A stretch of 63,206 nucleotides of DNA, the filler included, from Guillardia theta CCMP2712 (Eukaryota; Protista; Cryptophyta), in NCBI RefSeq assembly GCF_000315625.1. It is 5 parts of 5 records of this genome, joined end to end, with 100 filler letters (N's around TTAATTAATTAA, not from the genome) between each part and the next. Parts side by side here need not be neighbours in the genome. Positions count along the whole stretch, not along the records: positions 40,755 to 54,522 come from NW_005434476.1; positions 54,623 to 59,723 come from NW_005434185.1; 3 more parts are not named here. One strand, written 5' to 3'. Under the pieces are notes generated by a model that saw nothing but the letters and a program-made list of their open reading frames with translations, made no database searches and was not told where the DNA came from. Each line of letters starts with the position of its first letter. The stretch's first letter is position 1. Of this stretch, positions 43,417 to 55,380 are shown piece by piece. The position numbers and the translations under genes are program-made.

Positions 43417-46400
43417 ATGTCCATTCATCGGACGTTACTACGTCAGAGCGGAGTACCCAGGACCAAAGGGGAATATTCCGTACAGCAGGCAGTTTTACTG
43501 TACAACATTCTGCCTAGTGGACGAAATCTAGGGTATTCCTCACCATACTTGATATATACAACCGAGCAGTTTGACTATCGCAAGCTCAAGGTTTTTGGGT
43601 GCAGCACCTTCTTCAAGAATGAACTACGCACGTCAAAGGTGGATGATCCAGCAATTCATGGTTTAAATCTGGGAAACGCGTGCGCTTTCTCTGGATATAA
43701 GGTGGGGTATTTGGTTTGGGATATCGAGCATGATAGAATCGTCCATACGAATAATCTTACGTTTGACGAGCTGAATTTTCCATTACGTTGCCGACGTTTT
43801 CAGGCATCTAATGTGGAGGATGAATTGTTGAAGGAACTAGTACCTTGTGCACCAGTGGCATCTGATGACGACGAAGACTCCTCGGAAAATGCGAGTGAAA
43901 CAGAATTGCAAATTCCTGAGGAAGTTGCAACGTCTGGCAGGAAGCGACACTGTCAGGGAGGCTCTGGTCCTGACGCAAGTGAAGTTTCCGCGAGCAAGCG
44001 CCTCCAATTGGAATTTCCACCTTCCTCGGTCCAAGGCCTGACATCTGGAGATCAACGGGAGGATACAGGAGAGCATCGGTTGAGGGATGATACCGAATAT
44101 GTGCCTGACGGTGCAATGTCTCCAGTTCCTCCAGCAGGCAGAAGAACACGGAGGGATTTCAAGGCGGAGCGAGGGGTCTTGGAAAGCAAATATGTCAATC
44201 GAGATGTCGAAGTTCTTGTAAATGGTCAAGTAGAGCAAGGCAAAATTTTGCAGATGGTTTTCAAGGAGGGAAAGTTTCTCGCGCGGATTGTTTTCCCAAC
44301 TCTCGACAATTACTGGGTGTTACGGTCTGTCACTGATCCTGACATCAAGTTTTTGGAACAAACCGAACAGAAGGCAATGGTGGTGCTTACAAGTGGGGAG
44401 ACAATATCAGAGGTCTGCATGTTAGCAGATTATTACTCGTGCAGCTTTCCACCGAACGTCTTTGGTGATATGACCGACCATACCAAAGTTTTTAAACCCT
44501 GTCTTGATCGTGCAGCGGATGAGATCATGGATGTTGTCGAAGCTACAGTTGGGGGTTCGCCTGAAGTGGTTGTACTTTCCCAGCACACGAAATTTCCACA
44601 GTATCTGCAAGTTACACATATTGTGCAGGGGTCGACTGAATCTGAAGAGATCTTGTATGTTTGGGACAGGGGGGAAGACAGGACAAGCCTTCAGCCAGCA
44701 TCCCAGCGTTTTGTTCCAGTATGGAGGGATGAGATGTACAAAACTCGTTTACAGCATGTCGATCCTGTGTCATCTGCCCCACAGGTCAGTGCTAATGTGG
44801 ACCCTACTTTCAGGGATACGCGTCTTCTTGTGGCGAATCTAGCGTTGGTCTCTCCCGTATGGGACGCGGTGGAGCTGGCGTCTGACCTGTTATCTCTGAT
44901 GTCTTCCGACCGTGACAATCCAGCTGCAATGCCTGAGAATCAGGCAGATTACGCGATGACAGCGGCTTGCGATGCAGGAGATGTGGAGAACGAAAGTAGT
45001 TTTGACAAGTTACCAGATCCCAAGACAAGGTCAGAGATGTTACGTCGTCCGGATCGGCATCTTTGGGAGCAGGCTGAAAAGGAGGAAATTGCGAAGATCG
45101 AAAGTCGTGGGGTCTGGGAAGTTGTTACGCGTGATCAGAAAAACAGGGAGTCAAATCATTCTGTACTTGCTCGCGCCTTGTGGGTGTATGCTTCAAAACG
45201 AGACTTGAAGGGCAAGATCTTGAAACGAAAGGGGCGGCTAGTTATCATGGGCAACTTACTTCCTTCATCTGAAGAATTGTTTGCACCGACTACATCGTTG
45301 GACAATATCCGGCTCTTGCTGAGCATCGCGGCAGGCAACCGTTGGAGAATCACATTCAGGGATATCTCTGCTGCTTTCTTGTATGGTGACTTGGAGGTTC
45401 CTGTGTATTTGATTCCTCCAGATATCATGAGTCTTCCTCCTGAGTGCCTCCTCAAAGTCTTGAAGTCGCTCTATGGACTTCGCATTGCACCAAGGAGATG
45501 GTATCTTAAGTTCACGCAGGTGTTGAAGACGGTGGGAGCAAGTGGGATAGGACATGATGAGATCATCTACCGATACTCCAACTGTGCGGGGGACGTCTTG
45601 CTTCTGACTGTCTTCGTGGATGACTTACTCATTGTCTCTCAAACTGAAGCAATTAAGATTGAGTTTCTTGAGAAGCTCAACACAGTATTCGACTTTTCGG
45701 GGAGTGAGGCAACAGGTACCTTCTTGGGCATTAAAATAGAACAGAATGACGATCAGGGTCGGATAACTTTGTCACAACAGCATTTCATTGAAAAGATTGT
45801 TGAACGCTTTGAAATCGTTGCCAGAGGTGTCAAAACGGTATTACCTGGTCACTATCTCAAGACTTATCACTTGGAGGGTAAGTTGTTGAACAAGAAGGAA
45901 GTCCGCACTTATCAGAGTCTTCTGGGGTCCATTCTCTACGTGGCAAATTGTACGAGGGTTGATATCGCATTCGCGACGAGCGTCCTTAGTCGCTTTGCTC
46001 GGGCTCCTAGGCAGTGCGATATGGATGCCTTAATTCATCTTCTACAGTACCTTTACACTACTCGGGAGGTTCAGATCGTATACCATTGTCACGGAGTATC
46101 TTACCACCAGGAGTGTTTTGTCAATGAGATGATTGCATTCAGTGATGCTGGTTGGGGTACCGAGATTATTACGAGACGGAGTCAAAGCGGATATGGAATC
46201 GTTCTGAATGGTGGGGTAGTCGTCTTTGGTTCAAAAATGCAGAAGGTTGTTGCCCTGAGTTCTTCAGAAGCGGAAATTTATGCTGCCACCACATGCGCAA
46301 AATTAGTCAAGCTTTATAGAAATCTCTTGGGTCAGATGGGATTTACGCAGACTCGTCCTACTCTCTTGCTAATCGACAATGAACCATGTCTGAGGCTTTT

Positions 46401-46611
46401 GTGGGACAAGCGAAGTTATAGTCGACTCAAACACATTGATATTCGAACGAAGTATGCTGTTGATTTGGTAGAAAAGGACGAGCTCTATCCAGAAAAGATT
46501 CATACTTCTTATCAGCCTGGCGATTTGCTGACGAAAGTTCTGCCTTTGAATCGGTGGAGGCTCCTTGGTGAATTTCTCTTCGGAGACCCCTTACCGGATA
46601 TGCTGCTCTGA
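43417..46611 (+). CDS. pol: Copia pol remnant: integrase C-terminal part + RT + RNase H
   Basis: LKVFGC..GYLVWD..FDE (IN SH3-like); KGRLVIMG, FAPT, DISAAFLYG, KSLYGL, VFVDDLL (RT); FSDAGWG, SSSEAE, IDN, KHIDIR, DLLTK (RNase H). Confidence 0.95.
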   Translation: MSIHRTLLRQSGVPRTKGEYSVQQAVLLYNILPSGRNLGYSSPYLIYTTEQFDYRKLKVFGCSTFFKNELRTSKVDDPAIHGLNLGNACAFSGYKVGYLVWDIEHDRIVHTNNLTFDELNFPLRCRRFQASNVEDELLKELVPCAPVASDDDEDSSENASETELQIPEEVATSGRKRHCQGGSGPDASEVSASKRLQLEFPPSSVQGLTSGDQREDTGEHRLRDDTEYVPDGAMSPVPPAGRRTRRDFKAERGVLESKYVNRDVEVLVNGQVEQGKILQMVFKEGKFLARIVFPTLDNYWVLRSVTDPDIKFLEQTEQKAMVVLTSGETISEVCMLADYYSCSFPPNVFGDMTDHTKVFKPCLDRAADEIMDVVEATVGGSPEVVVLSQHTKFPQYLQVTHIVQGSTESEEILYVWDRGEDRTSLQPASQRFVPVWRDEMYKTRLQHVDPVSSAPQVSANVDPTFRDTRLLVANLALVSPVWDAVELASDLLSLMSSDRDNPAAMPENQADYAMTAACDAGDVENESSFDKLPDPKTRSEMLRRPDRHLWEQAEKEEIAKIESRGVWEVVTRDQKNRESNHSVLARALWVYASKRDLKGKILKRKGRLVIMGNLLPSSEELFAPTTSLDNIRLLLSIAAGNRWRITFRDISAAFLYGDLEVPVYLIPPDIMSLPPECLLKVLKSLYGLRIAPRRWYLKFTQVLKTVGASGIGHDEIIYRYSNCAGDVLLLTVFVDDLLIVSQTEAIKIEFLEKLNTVFDFSGSEATGTFLGIKIEQNDDQGRITLSQQHFIEKIVERFEIVARGVKTVLPGHYLKTYHLEGKLLNKKEVRTYQSLLGSILYVANCTRVDIAFATSVLSRFARAPRQCDMDALIHLLQYLYTTREVQIVYHCHGVSYHQECFVNEMIAFSDAGWGTEIITRRSQSGYGIVLNGGVVVFGSKMQKVVALSSSEAEIYAATTCAKLVKLYRNLLGQMGFTQTRPTLLLIDNEPCLRLLWDKRSYSRLKHIDIRTKYAVDLVEKDELYPEKIHTSYQPGDLLTKVLPLNRWRLLGEFLFGDPLPDMLL

Positions 46612-48160
46612 GGATGCTCGCCTGTCATGCTCTCTGCGCTTCATGCTCTCTGCGCTTCTGTCAGGGACAGTGCTACTCTGTTCCCATGCCGTCAGTCGCC
46701 AAAGTTGTATGCCCCGTGTGTGATTGACGGTGATCCGAGTTCCAGTCTCCGACAAGGAGATTTAACCGATCCTGCTGCGGTGGCTTCCAGGCTTTATCTT
46801 CCGTCTTTTCTCCGATTCAGGGAGGGTTTCTCGGACCCTTGCCACCGAGTCCGTGTCGCTCGAGAATTGTCAGTCTTCCGTCTTCTATCCGATTCAGGGA
46901 GGGTGTCTCGGGTGATGTCACCGAGGAGACTCTCATGGAGAACGTGAAGGAATCGGATGAATCGGAAGGAGGATAAAGACAGACACGTCTTCCTCAAGCC
47001 TGTGGCTAGCTGCAACCAAGACATCTGTTCTAGGTTAGTATCTTAGAAACTCGCTCATCCTGATCTATGGAACCCATGACGGTAGTGAACGATGAAATTG
47101 AATGGCCAAAAATGAAAATTGAGAAAGAAATGACGGATGAGTCGAGATCGATAAGTCATGTGGTTGAAATGAAAGCGCTGACGTCAAAAATGATTGTGCC
47201 TTGGCAAAACAATGATCCCCGGGGTAGATAGGATAGAAAGGGCCCATAGATTAGAAACGAGAAAATTGTGTTCAAAACAATCAGAGATCAATCAATGCAT
47301 TGCAAGAATTCTGAACCTGATCTCTGGAGCTTGATTGGAATTCTAAATTCTTGGCATCATCAATGGGTGGAGATGTCTTCATTGCTCAATGCGCAAGCTT
47401 CAGAGAGGTCACATGATGACCAATCCCATCATGAGGATCAGGTTGAAGAGGAGGAGGAGCTGTCTGACTTGAAAGATGCAGATGTGTTCAGGACTTAGTC
47501 TTGAGCTGACACTGCAGGCAGCTGGGAAGAGTTTATGATGGAAGGTGAGGAGGAGCACAGGTGCATGCGGACAGCGCAGGCGGATGAGGAGCGTCTCTGT
47601 GGCATGCGGATGGTACAAGCTGAGGAACCCGTGTGCACGAGCATCAGGATGCGCTAGAGGAGGACAGCGCAGGTGCTGCAGGAGTGCTGCTGAAGCGCAA
47701 GCGCTGGAGGAGCAGCGCAGGCCCTACGATGGTGGGGAGAAGCCGCAGCGCAGGTGGAGGAGCAGCACAGGTGCACTGTTGGCGGGGTGCGACCGCACTG
47801 CATCCGCAGCGCAAGCGGAGGAGGAGCGCAGGTGTCACAGGAGGAGAAACGCAGGCGCACCAGGGTGCACACTTGAAGCGAAGGAGGAGCGCAGGAGGCA
47901 TGCAAGATGGGGGATGAGCCTGTGCAGAACGGTTGATGGAGTGGTAGCAGCAAGATGACCTTGGAGAGGAGAGCAGCATGGAAGTCAGCTTGGGAAAGAT
48001 GTTGATGGTCAGGTGATGGGAGCAGCTGACAACGCTGCAAGAAGCTAGAGCGATCGTTGGAAAGGAGGACATCGCAGGGGACAGCTGCTTAGCTGTCAAG
48101 CAGATGATTTTGACAAGCTGAGAAGGTTGCAGACTTCTGACTTGCTTCACAAAGGGAGGG

Positions 48161-48652
48161 TGTAAGAACTCAGGTTCTGACAAACCTCTCAGAAGTTCTT
48201 TCAGACGCGATAAGTTCAAGGGATGCGTCTAATCAGGTTGTGAACCAAGTGAAGCCTGCAGGTCCAAGCTAGTGGGCTGGAGCTTAGTCTGTGACTTAGA
48301 AGATCCGGTTGGTTGGAGCCTGGGGAAACTGAGGCGGCGCCGGAGGAATCAAGAGGCGCCGGCTGTCGAAGAGGCAGCACTCGTACAGTGGTGGAAGTAA
48401 GGCGGTGGTGTGTGAAGGGAAGCTGTTTGGTTGGTCTTGCTGCTACGAGTGTTGGGAATAAAGTGCTGGGGATTGTTGGGAAGTTGATCTGAGTTATCTG
48501 AGGTGTTTGGTTGGCTGTGAAAGTCATTGGTGTCTTCGTGCGCACATCATCTGTGAGTCTTGGTCTTTGGACTTATCAGTCAGCTGTTGAGCTGTTCTAC
48601 TAGTCATTCATCTGTGCACAGACTCTAGGAGTCAGGAATTGATTCCAATACA
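48161..48652 (+). repeat. 3' LTR (492 bp)
   Basis: TG..CA termini, directly preceded by the PPT. Confidence 0.95.
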
Positions 48653-49029
48653 TCAGAGTGGTAGCCCCATCAGAGTGGTAGCCCCATCAGAGTGGTAGCC
48701 CCATCAGAGTGGTAGCCCCATCAGAGTGGTAGCCCCATCAGAGTGGTAGCCCCATCAGAGTGGTAGCCCCATCAGAGTGGTAGCCCCATCAGAGTGGTAG
48801 CCCCATCAGAGTGGTAGCCCCATCAGAGTGGTAGCCCCATCAGAGTGGTAGCCCCATCAGAGTGGTAGCCCCATCAGAGTGGTAGCCCCATCAGAGTGGT
48901 AGCCCCATCAGAGTGGTAGCCCCATCAGAGTGGTAGCCCCATCAGAGTGGTAGCCCCATCAGAGTGGTAGCCCCATCAGAGTGGTAGCCCCATCAGAGTG
49001 GTAGCCCCATCAGAGTGGTAGCCCCATCA
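48651..49029. repeat. 22 perfect copies of 17-bp CATCAGAGTGGTAGCCC plus a partial unit, fused to the 3' LTR terminus
   Basis: 48651-49024 is 374 bp = 22 x 17. Confidence 0.97.
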
Positions 49030-49443
49030 TGCTGCCCGGCATCATGCAGACTGGTAGCTGGGTGCCCGGCAGCTGGCCCGGCAGGGCCGTGCCCGCCGGG
49101 CCCCGGGGCGGGTTGAGCGGGGATGTGGTTACATGTTTGTGGTGCCAAGGCTTGTCCGGTCGCTTTGCCTGTGAAGCATGGCGAGGGGAAGGGGGGGAGA
49201 AGGAAGGAGCGCGTGCCGGTCCTATGACACCTCCCGCTCTCTCCTCCCTCCTCTTGCCCCTCCTTGTCCATAGTTCTCATCCTCTCCTCCTTCTCAGCCT
49301 CCTCTTTGCCTGCTCTCCTCACTGGACCCCTGCCCCAATCAGCCACTGTGCACTCTCCGTCACATCGTGATCTTGTCCACTCAGACTGACCCTCCCTTGA
49401 TCCTTGGAATCATTCCCTCGTGATTGCAATCTCCTCAGCGACA

Positions 49444-52400
49444 ATGGGCTTCTTGAGGCAGCCTGCTGTGTTTGGAGCCATCTGCTCGCTAAGAAATGTT
49501 CCCTTCCTCTCCTTTTTGTTTCTGCTCACCTCGATCGTCTCGTATCCTCCTCGCCCTGTACACCAAGTAGCTCCTGCTGTCCTCGGCATGGTCCCCTTGG
49601 TGGGCGTCTCGCGACTGAGAGGAGGGTCATTGATCGATGAGAAAGAGAACAAGATGGAGGAATTCATTGAAAACCTCAAACTCCCTCCCCCAGAGCCCCA
49701 GGCTCCCGCCTTCGGACCTCTACATCTCACCTGGAGCATGGCGGCTCCTGAAGCTGAAGACTGGAGGAGGAGCCTTCTGCGACAGATGGACAAGCCTGAG
49801 AAGGAGAGAGAAGGAGAAGAAGATGACGATGACGATGAGGACGAGGAAATTGATGATGAGTACGGTGGTCAGTACTCCAAGTATCAAGAGAAGTGGGGAG
49901 GAAGACGAGCGAAGGACCAGCTCTTCAAGGTCCCCTCTCGGTCAAAGGAGCAGCAGGAGCCGTTGGAAGCAAGGGAGCAGGTTTGAGCGGCAGCTTGCCT
50001 CGATGATGAGTGACCTGCTGCAGGTGCTTTCGAGCTCGTCGGCAGAGATCTTCCGTCGATTCATGCTGGGGATGGATCGGGGAGGTAGGAAGGATGGCAG
50101 CAGCACCAAGGCAGACGCTGGTGTGAACATCCTAGGACGGGGAATCGCCAGAGAGCTGAGGGAAGAGAGAAGAAACAGACACCTGAAGCTGATTGAAGCA
50201 GACGAGAGGAGCAGAGGTATGAAGAAGCAGGAGGAGCCTGTGGAGCAGGAGGGGCCGGCACCGCCCAACGAGGAGGAGCTGTTGGAACAGTGGCATGGAC
50301 CTGCGGCCCTCAAAAACTCTCCCGATACCGGTCAAGCCCCTCCCTCCCTCCATCCATCCATCCCTCCCTCCTTCTCTCCCTCCTCCCCTCCCCTCCCCTC
50401 CCCTCCCTCCCTCCCTCCCTCCCTTCTTTAGCCCTCACTTAGACTTCTTCTTTCTTCCTGTTTCAAGCCCGCTGCTACACCTGCTCCTGGCCTCCATCCT
50501 CTTCTGCTCTCCTTGTACTCACTGCTACCCAACAGACAACACATCGTTGCCCTGCTCCCCTGCCGAGGAGGAGGAGCTCACACGCAAGAGCGAAAGCACA
50601 CTGAGGGCAGCTATCGAACTTTCTCCCGGCAGCGCAGAGACCTGGTACAGGCTGGGAATCCTGCTGGAACGAGACAAGGTGAGGAGGAGGACACGCTGGA
50701 AGTAGCTGATGCTGTGCGAAGAACGACAAGGAGGAAGCGGAGAAAAGCTACGGAGAAGCCCTGCGGATTGATAAAGACCACCTGGAAGCAGCGATGAGCC
50801 TAGCGAGGTGGAGAGGAGAGGAGAGGAGAGGAGAGGAGAGGAGAGGAGAGGAGAGGAGAGGAGAAGAAGAAGGGGGCGGGGAGGGGGAAGGGCAGGGAGT
50901 ATGGAGACCCTGTATGATGTTTCTGACTTGTTCCTCTTTTTTTTCTTTCCATCAGATGCCTTCACCTTCGCGGGCTATATGGGGATGCGGAGAATTTGTA
51001 TCGCCACGTCTTATCAAGAGATCAGTAAGTTCTCCTCATCCTCCTCCTTCTTCTCATCCCCATTCTCCTCCTCCTCCTCCTCCTCCTCGTCTTCATCATC
51101 GTCCTCGCCTTTGAATCTCGTGCTCCTTTCTTGCTTTCAAATCTCTCCTTGTACTCCAGGCAGTGCATTATGTCGCATCGTGTCACATTCTTCTTCCCCT
51201 CACACTCATCGCCTTCCTTTGCTGCCCCTCCTTGTCCTGCTCCCATCGTACGCTGACTCCTCTCAGACACCACATCGATGCTCTCTGCAACTTTGCTGCG
51301 CTGCTCCACGACGTGAAGAGGAATTCAACCGAAGCAGCAAAGCTACTGCAAACAGCCCTTGCAAGCTCCCCGGATCATGCTCCCTCCCTCTGCAGTCTTG
51401 CCTCGGTCTCCTCCCTCCCTCCCTCCCTCCCTCCCTCTCTTGCCCTTCAGCCTCCTCCTCGCTCCTCCTGACTTCTGTCCAGGTCCTTCACAGCCTCGGA
51501 AGCTCAAAGCAGCAAGTGGAAGCTCTCTTTCTCCGGGCGATGCAGAACACCAACTGCTCGGGTATTACTGCACCTCCTCTCCGCCTATCGCCTTCGTCCC
51601 CCCTCCTCCCTATCACTTCTCTCCCTTTCCTCTCCCCTCCCCCTTTCCTCTCCCGTCCCCCTTACCCTAGAGCTTCTCCTCTCGCTCCGTCCTTACTTTG
51701 ACCTCATCGATTTTTCTGGCTGACAACCAAAACAGCACAGACATACTTTGCTTACGCTTCATGGCTGCAAAACACAGAAGGTGAGAGTAGATAGGAGACG
51801 AGGAGAAGGAGAAGGAGAAGGAGAGAATATGAGCTAGTGCAGCCTTGAGAGGGGAAGGACGAGGAGGGAGAGGAGAGGGGGAGTAACGGGGAGGAGGAAG
51901 TGACTGTTGGGAGCAGGAGAGGCTGGGGTGATCGCGGAGCTCTACGGGAAGGCCTTACAGGAGGATCCTTCTCACCTCCCGAGCTTGAGGGCTGCTGGAC
52001 GGTTGCTGGGGGGGGCTGGACTTGGTAGAAATGCTACCCTTCTGTATGAAAAAGCGGTGAGGAGAGGAGAGGGGAGGAAAGGAGAGGAGCAAGGGAGGGA
52101 GTGGCGAGAAGAAGAGAGGAGAGGAGAGGAGGGAAAGGAGAGGAGGGAAAGGGACAAGAGAGGATGGAGGGAGGAGCTTGAGACTTGGTTGAGCTCATCC
52201 TGGTCCCTCAGGTCCAGTTGGAACCTCGACACCTCCCGACCCGCTACAACTTCGCGTGCGTCCTGCAGAGGACATGCAACTACTACCTCGAGAAGTTGGA
52301 GGGAGGGAGGATGAGCAGGAGGAGAATTGAGCAGGTGGAGGTTGGAGGCAGGAAGGCGCCAGTGTTGGACATGTACGAGGAGTTTCTGACTGAGGAGGAG

Positions 52401-54403
52401 CAGAAGCAGCACATGCAGGAGTTGAGGTCTGACAGCGTTTCCTCCCCTCCCCCTCCACATGCAAGCCCGCTGTCCGAAAACGCCCTCCCCTTCCTCTTGC
52501 TCTCAACACACACACACACACACACACATCACCACAACCTTTGTCTCCTTCCTTTTCTCATCCCATTCCTGTTGCTCGTTGCTTACCTTTACCTTCTCCA
52601 CATTCCCGACGACATCTTTTTCGTCATAATCATCAGTTTCATGATTTCCGACCCTCCTCTCCCTCCCTCGCTCCTCTCCCTCCCTCGCTCCCTCCCTCCC
52701 AGTCCCCCTCCCTCATCTTCTCCTCCAGGTCCAGCGCGATCAAGGAGTACGAGGCTATCCTGAAGATGGCTCCCCACCATCCTCCCTCCCTCTGCAACCT
52801 CGCTCTCCTCTATACGCAGGAGGAGGCGGGCAAGGACAAGGACGAGATTGAGCGGCTTCTCCTCCTCGCCGCTGAGATTGTTTCCAACGATAAGACACGA
52901 ATGCCTGGGATAACCAGAGATTTTCGAGCGGACGTCTGGTGTGCGTATGGTATCCTTCTCCCTTTTCCCCTTCTCCTCCTCCTCCTCCACCTCCATCACC
53001 NNNNNNNNNNNNNNNNNNNNNNNNNNNNNNNNNNNNNNNNNNNNNNNNNNNNNNNNNNNNNNNNNNNNNNNNNNNNNNNNNNNNNNNNNNNNNNNNNNNN
53101 CATCATGATGATGTCCAGCAGGACCAGCAGGATCAGGAGGTGTATGAGGAGGGCACCGAACCCATCCGAAAGGCAGCCTTCCATCTCACTCCTCATTCTC
53201 TCCTCGGGACACCACGTAAACGCATCCTTCCTCCACCATCTTGTCCACCATCTCTTCCACCCCCCCCCCTCCCTCCCTCCCTCCCTTCCTCCTCCCTTGA
53301 AGCCTTGTTCGATTCCTTCCCCATGCTCTCCCTGCCTTTCCCCTTCTTCTCTTCTCGCGCATTTCTCGCTCCTGCTCCTCTCACCATCATCTGCCTCTCC
53401 TTCAGGAGCTTTCCTGGAGGAGGAGAGAGGCAACCAGGCGGCAGCTAGTCGAGCCTACGCTGAAGCCCTTCAGGTGACGAGGAGAGGAGAGGCGAGGGGT
53501 GGGACTGTAAGAGAGAAGGGGGAAGGAGAAGAAGAGAAGAAAGAAAGTGAAAAAACGGAGGGGAGAAGAGAGGAGAGGAGAGGAGAGGAGAGGAGAGGAG
53601 AGGAGAGGAGAGAAGGAGAGGAGAGGAGAGGAGAAGGAGTGGAGAGGAGAAGGAGAGGAGAGGAGAGGAGAGGAGAGGAGAGGAGGAGCATGTAAGATCG
53701 AAACATGGAGAAGAGAGGGAGATGACGAGGAGGTGTGAGTCGACGATGACCGACATGCAGGCTGACCGGAATCACCTCTGTACTTTGATGCGGTACGCGA
53801 ACATGGCTGCCACTGTGCAGAAAGATTACAAGGTGAACTGAGAAACAGCAGAAAGAGAGGAGGGGGAGGAGCGATGAAGGAGGGAAGGCAGGAGGAGGAG
53901 TAAGATTGGGAGAACGGGGGAAACGAGGAGAGGAGGAGGAGATACGGGGAGGAGGATGGTATCTCATCGCCTTTAGGTTGGGGAATGCCTCTATCGCCAT
54001 CTCATCGCATTGGTACCTGAAGAATGTGAGTGTGAAAGGAGATGAAAGAAAAGCTCCTCGCCCCCCTCCCTCCTCCCTCCTCCTCCTCCTCCCCCCTCCC
54101 CCCTCCCCTCCTCCTCCCTTTCTCCTCCTTCTCCATCTCGTTTCCTCCCTTCCTCCTTATCCTGCCACTCCTCCTCCTCATCATCCTCCCTCCCTCCCTT
54201 CCCCTCCCTCCCTCGCTCCCTTCCTACTTATTCTTCTTCCTCTAACTCCTTTTCCTCTTCCTCCGCCTCCTCCCCTTGCTCCTCCTCCTGCTTATCGCTT
54301 GTTTTCCCCTTTTACATCTCCCTCAGGTGACATCTGGCTCTCCTACGCCGACTGCCTCCAGTCCCTGGAGGATTATCCCGACGCTGAGCAGGCCTTCAAG
54401 TAG
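49444..54403 (+). CDS. TPR-repeat protein with N-terminal hydrophobic segment, multi-exon, probably 3'-partial
   Basis: Exons LRAAIELSPGSAETWYRLGILL; PHHIDALCNFAALL..LQTALASSPDHAPSLCSLA; YEAILKMAPHHPPSLCNLALLY; DIWLSYADCLQSLEDYPDAEQAF. Confidence 0.8.
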
Positions 54404-54522
54404 AACTCCCTCCCTCCCTCCTCACTCCTTGTAGTAGCTACCCGCCATGCTTCTCTACGACTCTGCTTCTTCTCCACTCCTGTTGTCTTGCTTCTGCCTT
54501 TTCGCCTCCTCCTCCTCCTCCT

Positions 54523-54622
54523 NNNNNNNNNNNNNNNNNNNNNNNNNNNNNNNNNNNNNNNNNNNNTTAATTAATTAANNNNNNNNNNNNNNNNNNNNNN
54601 NNNNNNNNNNNNNNNNNNNNNN
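54523..54622. other. Artificial scaffold linker
   Basis: N44-TTAATTAATTAA-N44. Confidence 0.97.
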
Positions 54623-55053
54623 TCATGAAGTGCGATGTCGACATCAGGAAGGACTTGTACTCCAACATCGTTATCTCAGGTTTAGCTTGCTTCTCTGCCA
54701 CTGTGACTCTGATGTGAGACCGTAGGCGGCACAACCATGTACAAAGGCTTGCCTGAAAGGATGCAGAAGGAGATCACCAACATGGCTCCTCCTACAATGA
54801 AGGTTTGAGCCAAACAATGTCCTGGCAGGCTGAGGCTCATCCGCCTATCTCTTAACAGGTCAAGACTGTCGCTCCAGAGGAGCGTCAGTACTCCGTGTTT
54901 GTTGGCGCAGCGATCCTCGCTTCCTTGACCACGTGAGAGTTTAGCAGCAAAGTAGGCTCCTGTCTGACTCTGACCAGGTTCCAACAAATGTGGATCAGCA
55001 TAGATGAGTACAAGGACAGCGGGAAAGCCGTGGTACATCGGAAGTGCTTCTGA
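54623..55053 (+). CDS. Divergent actin / actin-like protein, 3' exons only (3 short introns)
   Basis: [92 protein letters not shown]. Confidence 0.93.
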
Positions 55054-55380
55054 AGTGGAGGAAACGTTTGTTTAGCAATCGACAGATTTATCTATTTTAC
55101 AGTGAGGTATTGAGACATCAACACAGTGCAAAAGAATAAAAGAGAGGATGGCAATGAAGCTCGAGCACACGCAGATCATTCAGGTACTTGGGAGACCTTG
55201 CTGAACACCTGGTGGAATTTCATATCTTTGGGCTCCAACGTCTGAGGTATCGGGTGAGAAGTTATAGCCGACTTAGAGAGGCCTGACCTGAGAAGAGGGG
55301 ATATATCCTGAGTAGTGGAACTCGTCGGGTGAAAGATACAGGAACCTGCTCGCGAATGTTTAGGAAATACTCACAACATC

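Larger units (their letters stand above)
42218..48652 (+). mobile_element. Ty1/Copia LTR retrotransposon, internally deleted
   Basis: Near-identical TG..CA LTRs at 42218-42719 and 48161-48652; PPT AAAGGGAGGG at 48151-48160; domain order IN-RT-RH. Confidence 0.95.

Noticed and set aside
48651-49029. CRISPR array or telomere
   Set aside because: No spacers, internal position, and unlike the TTTAGGG-type units seen elsewhere.
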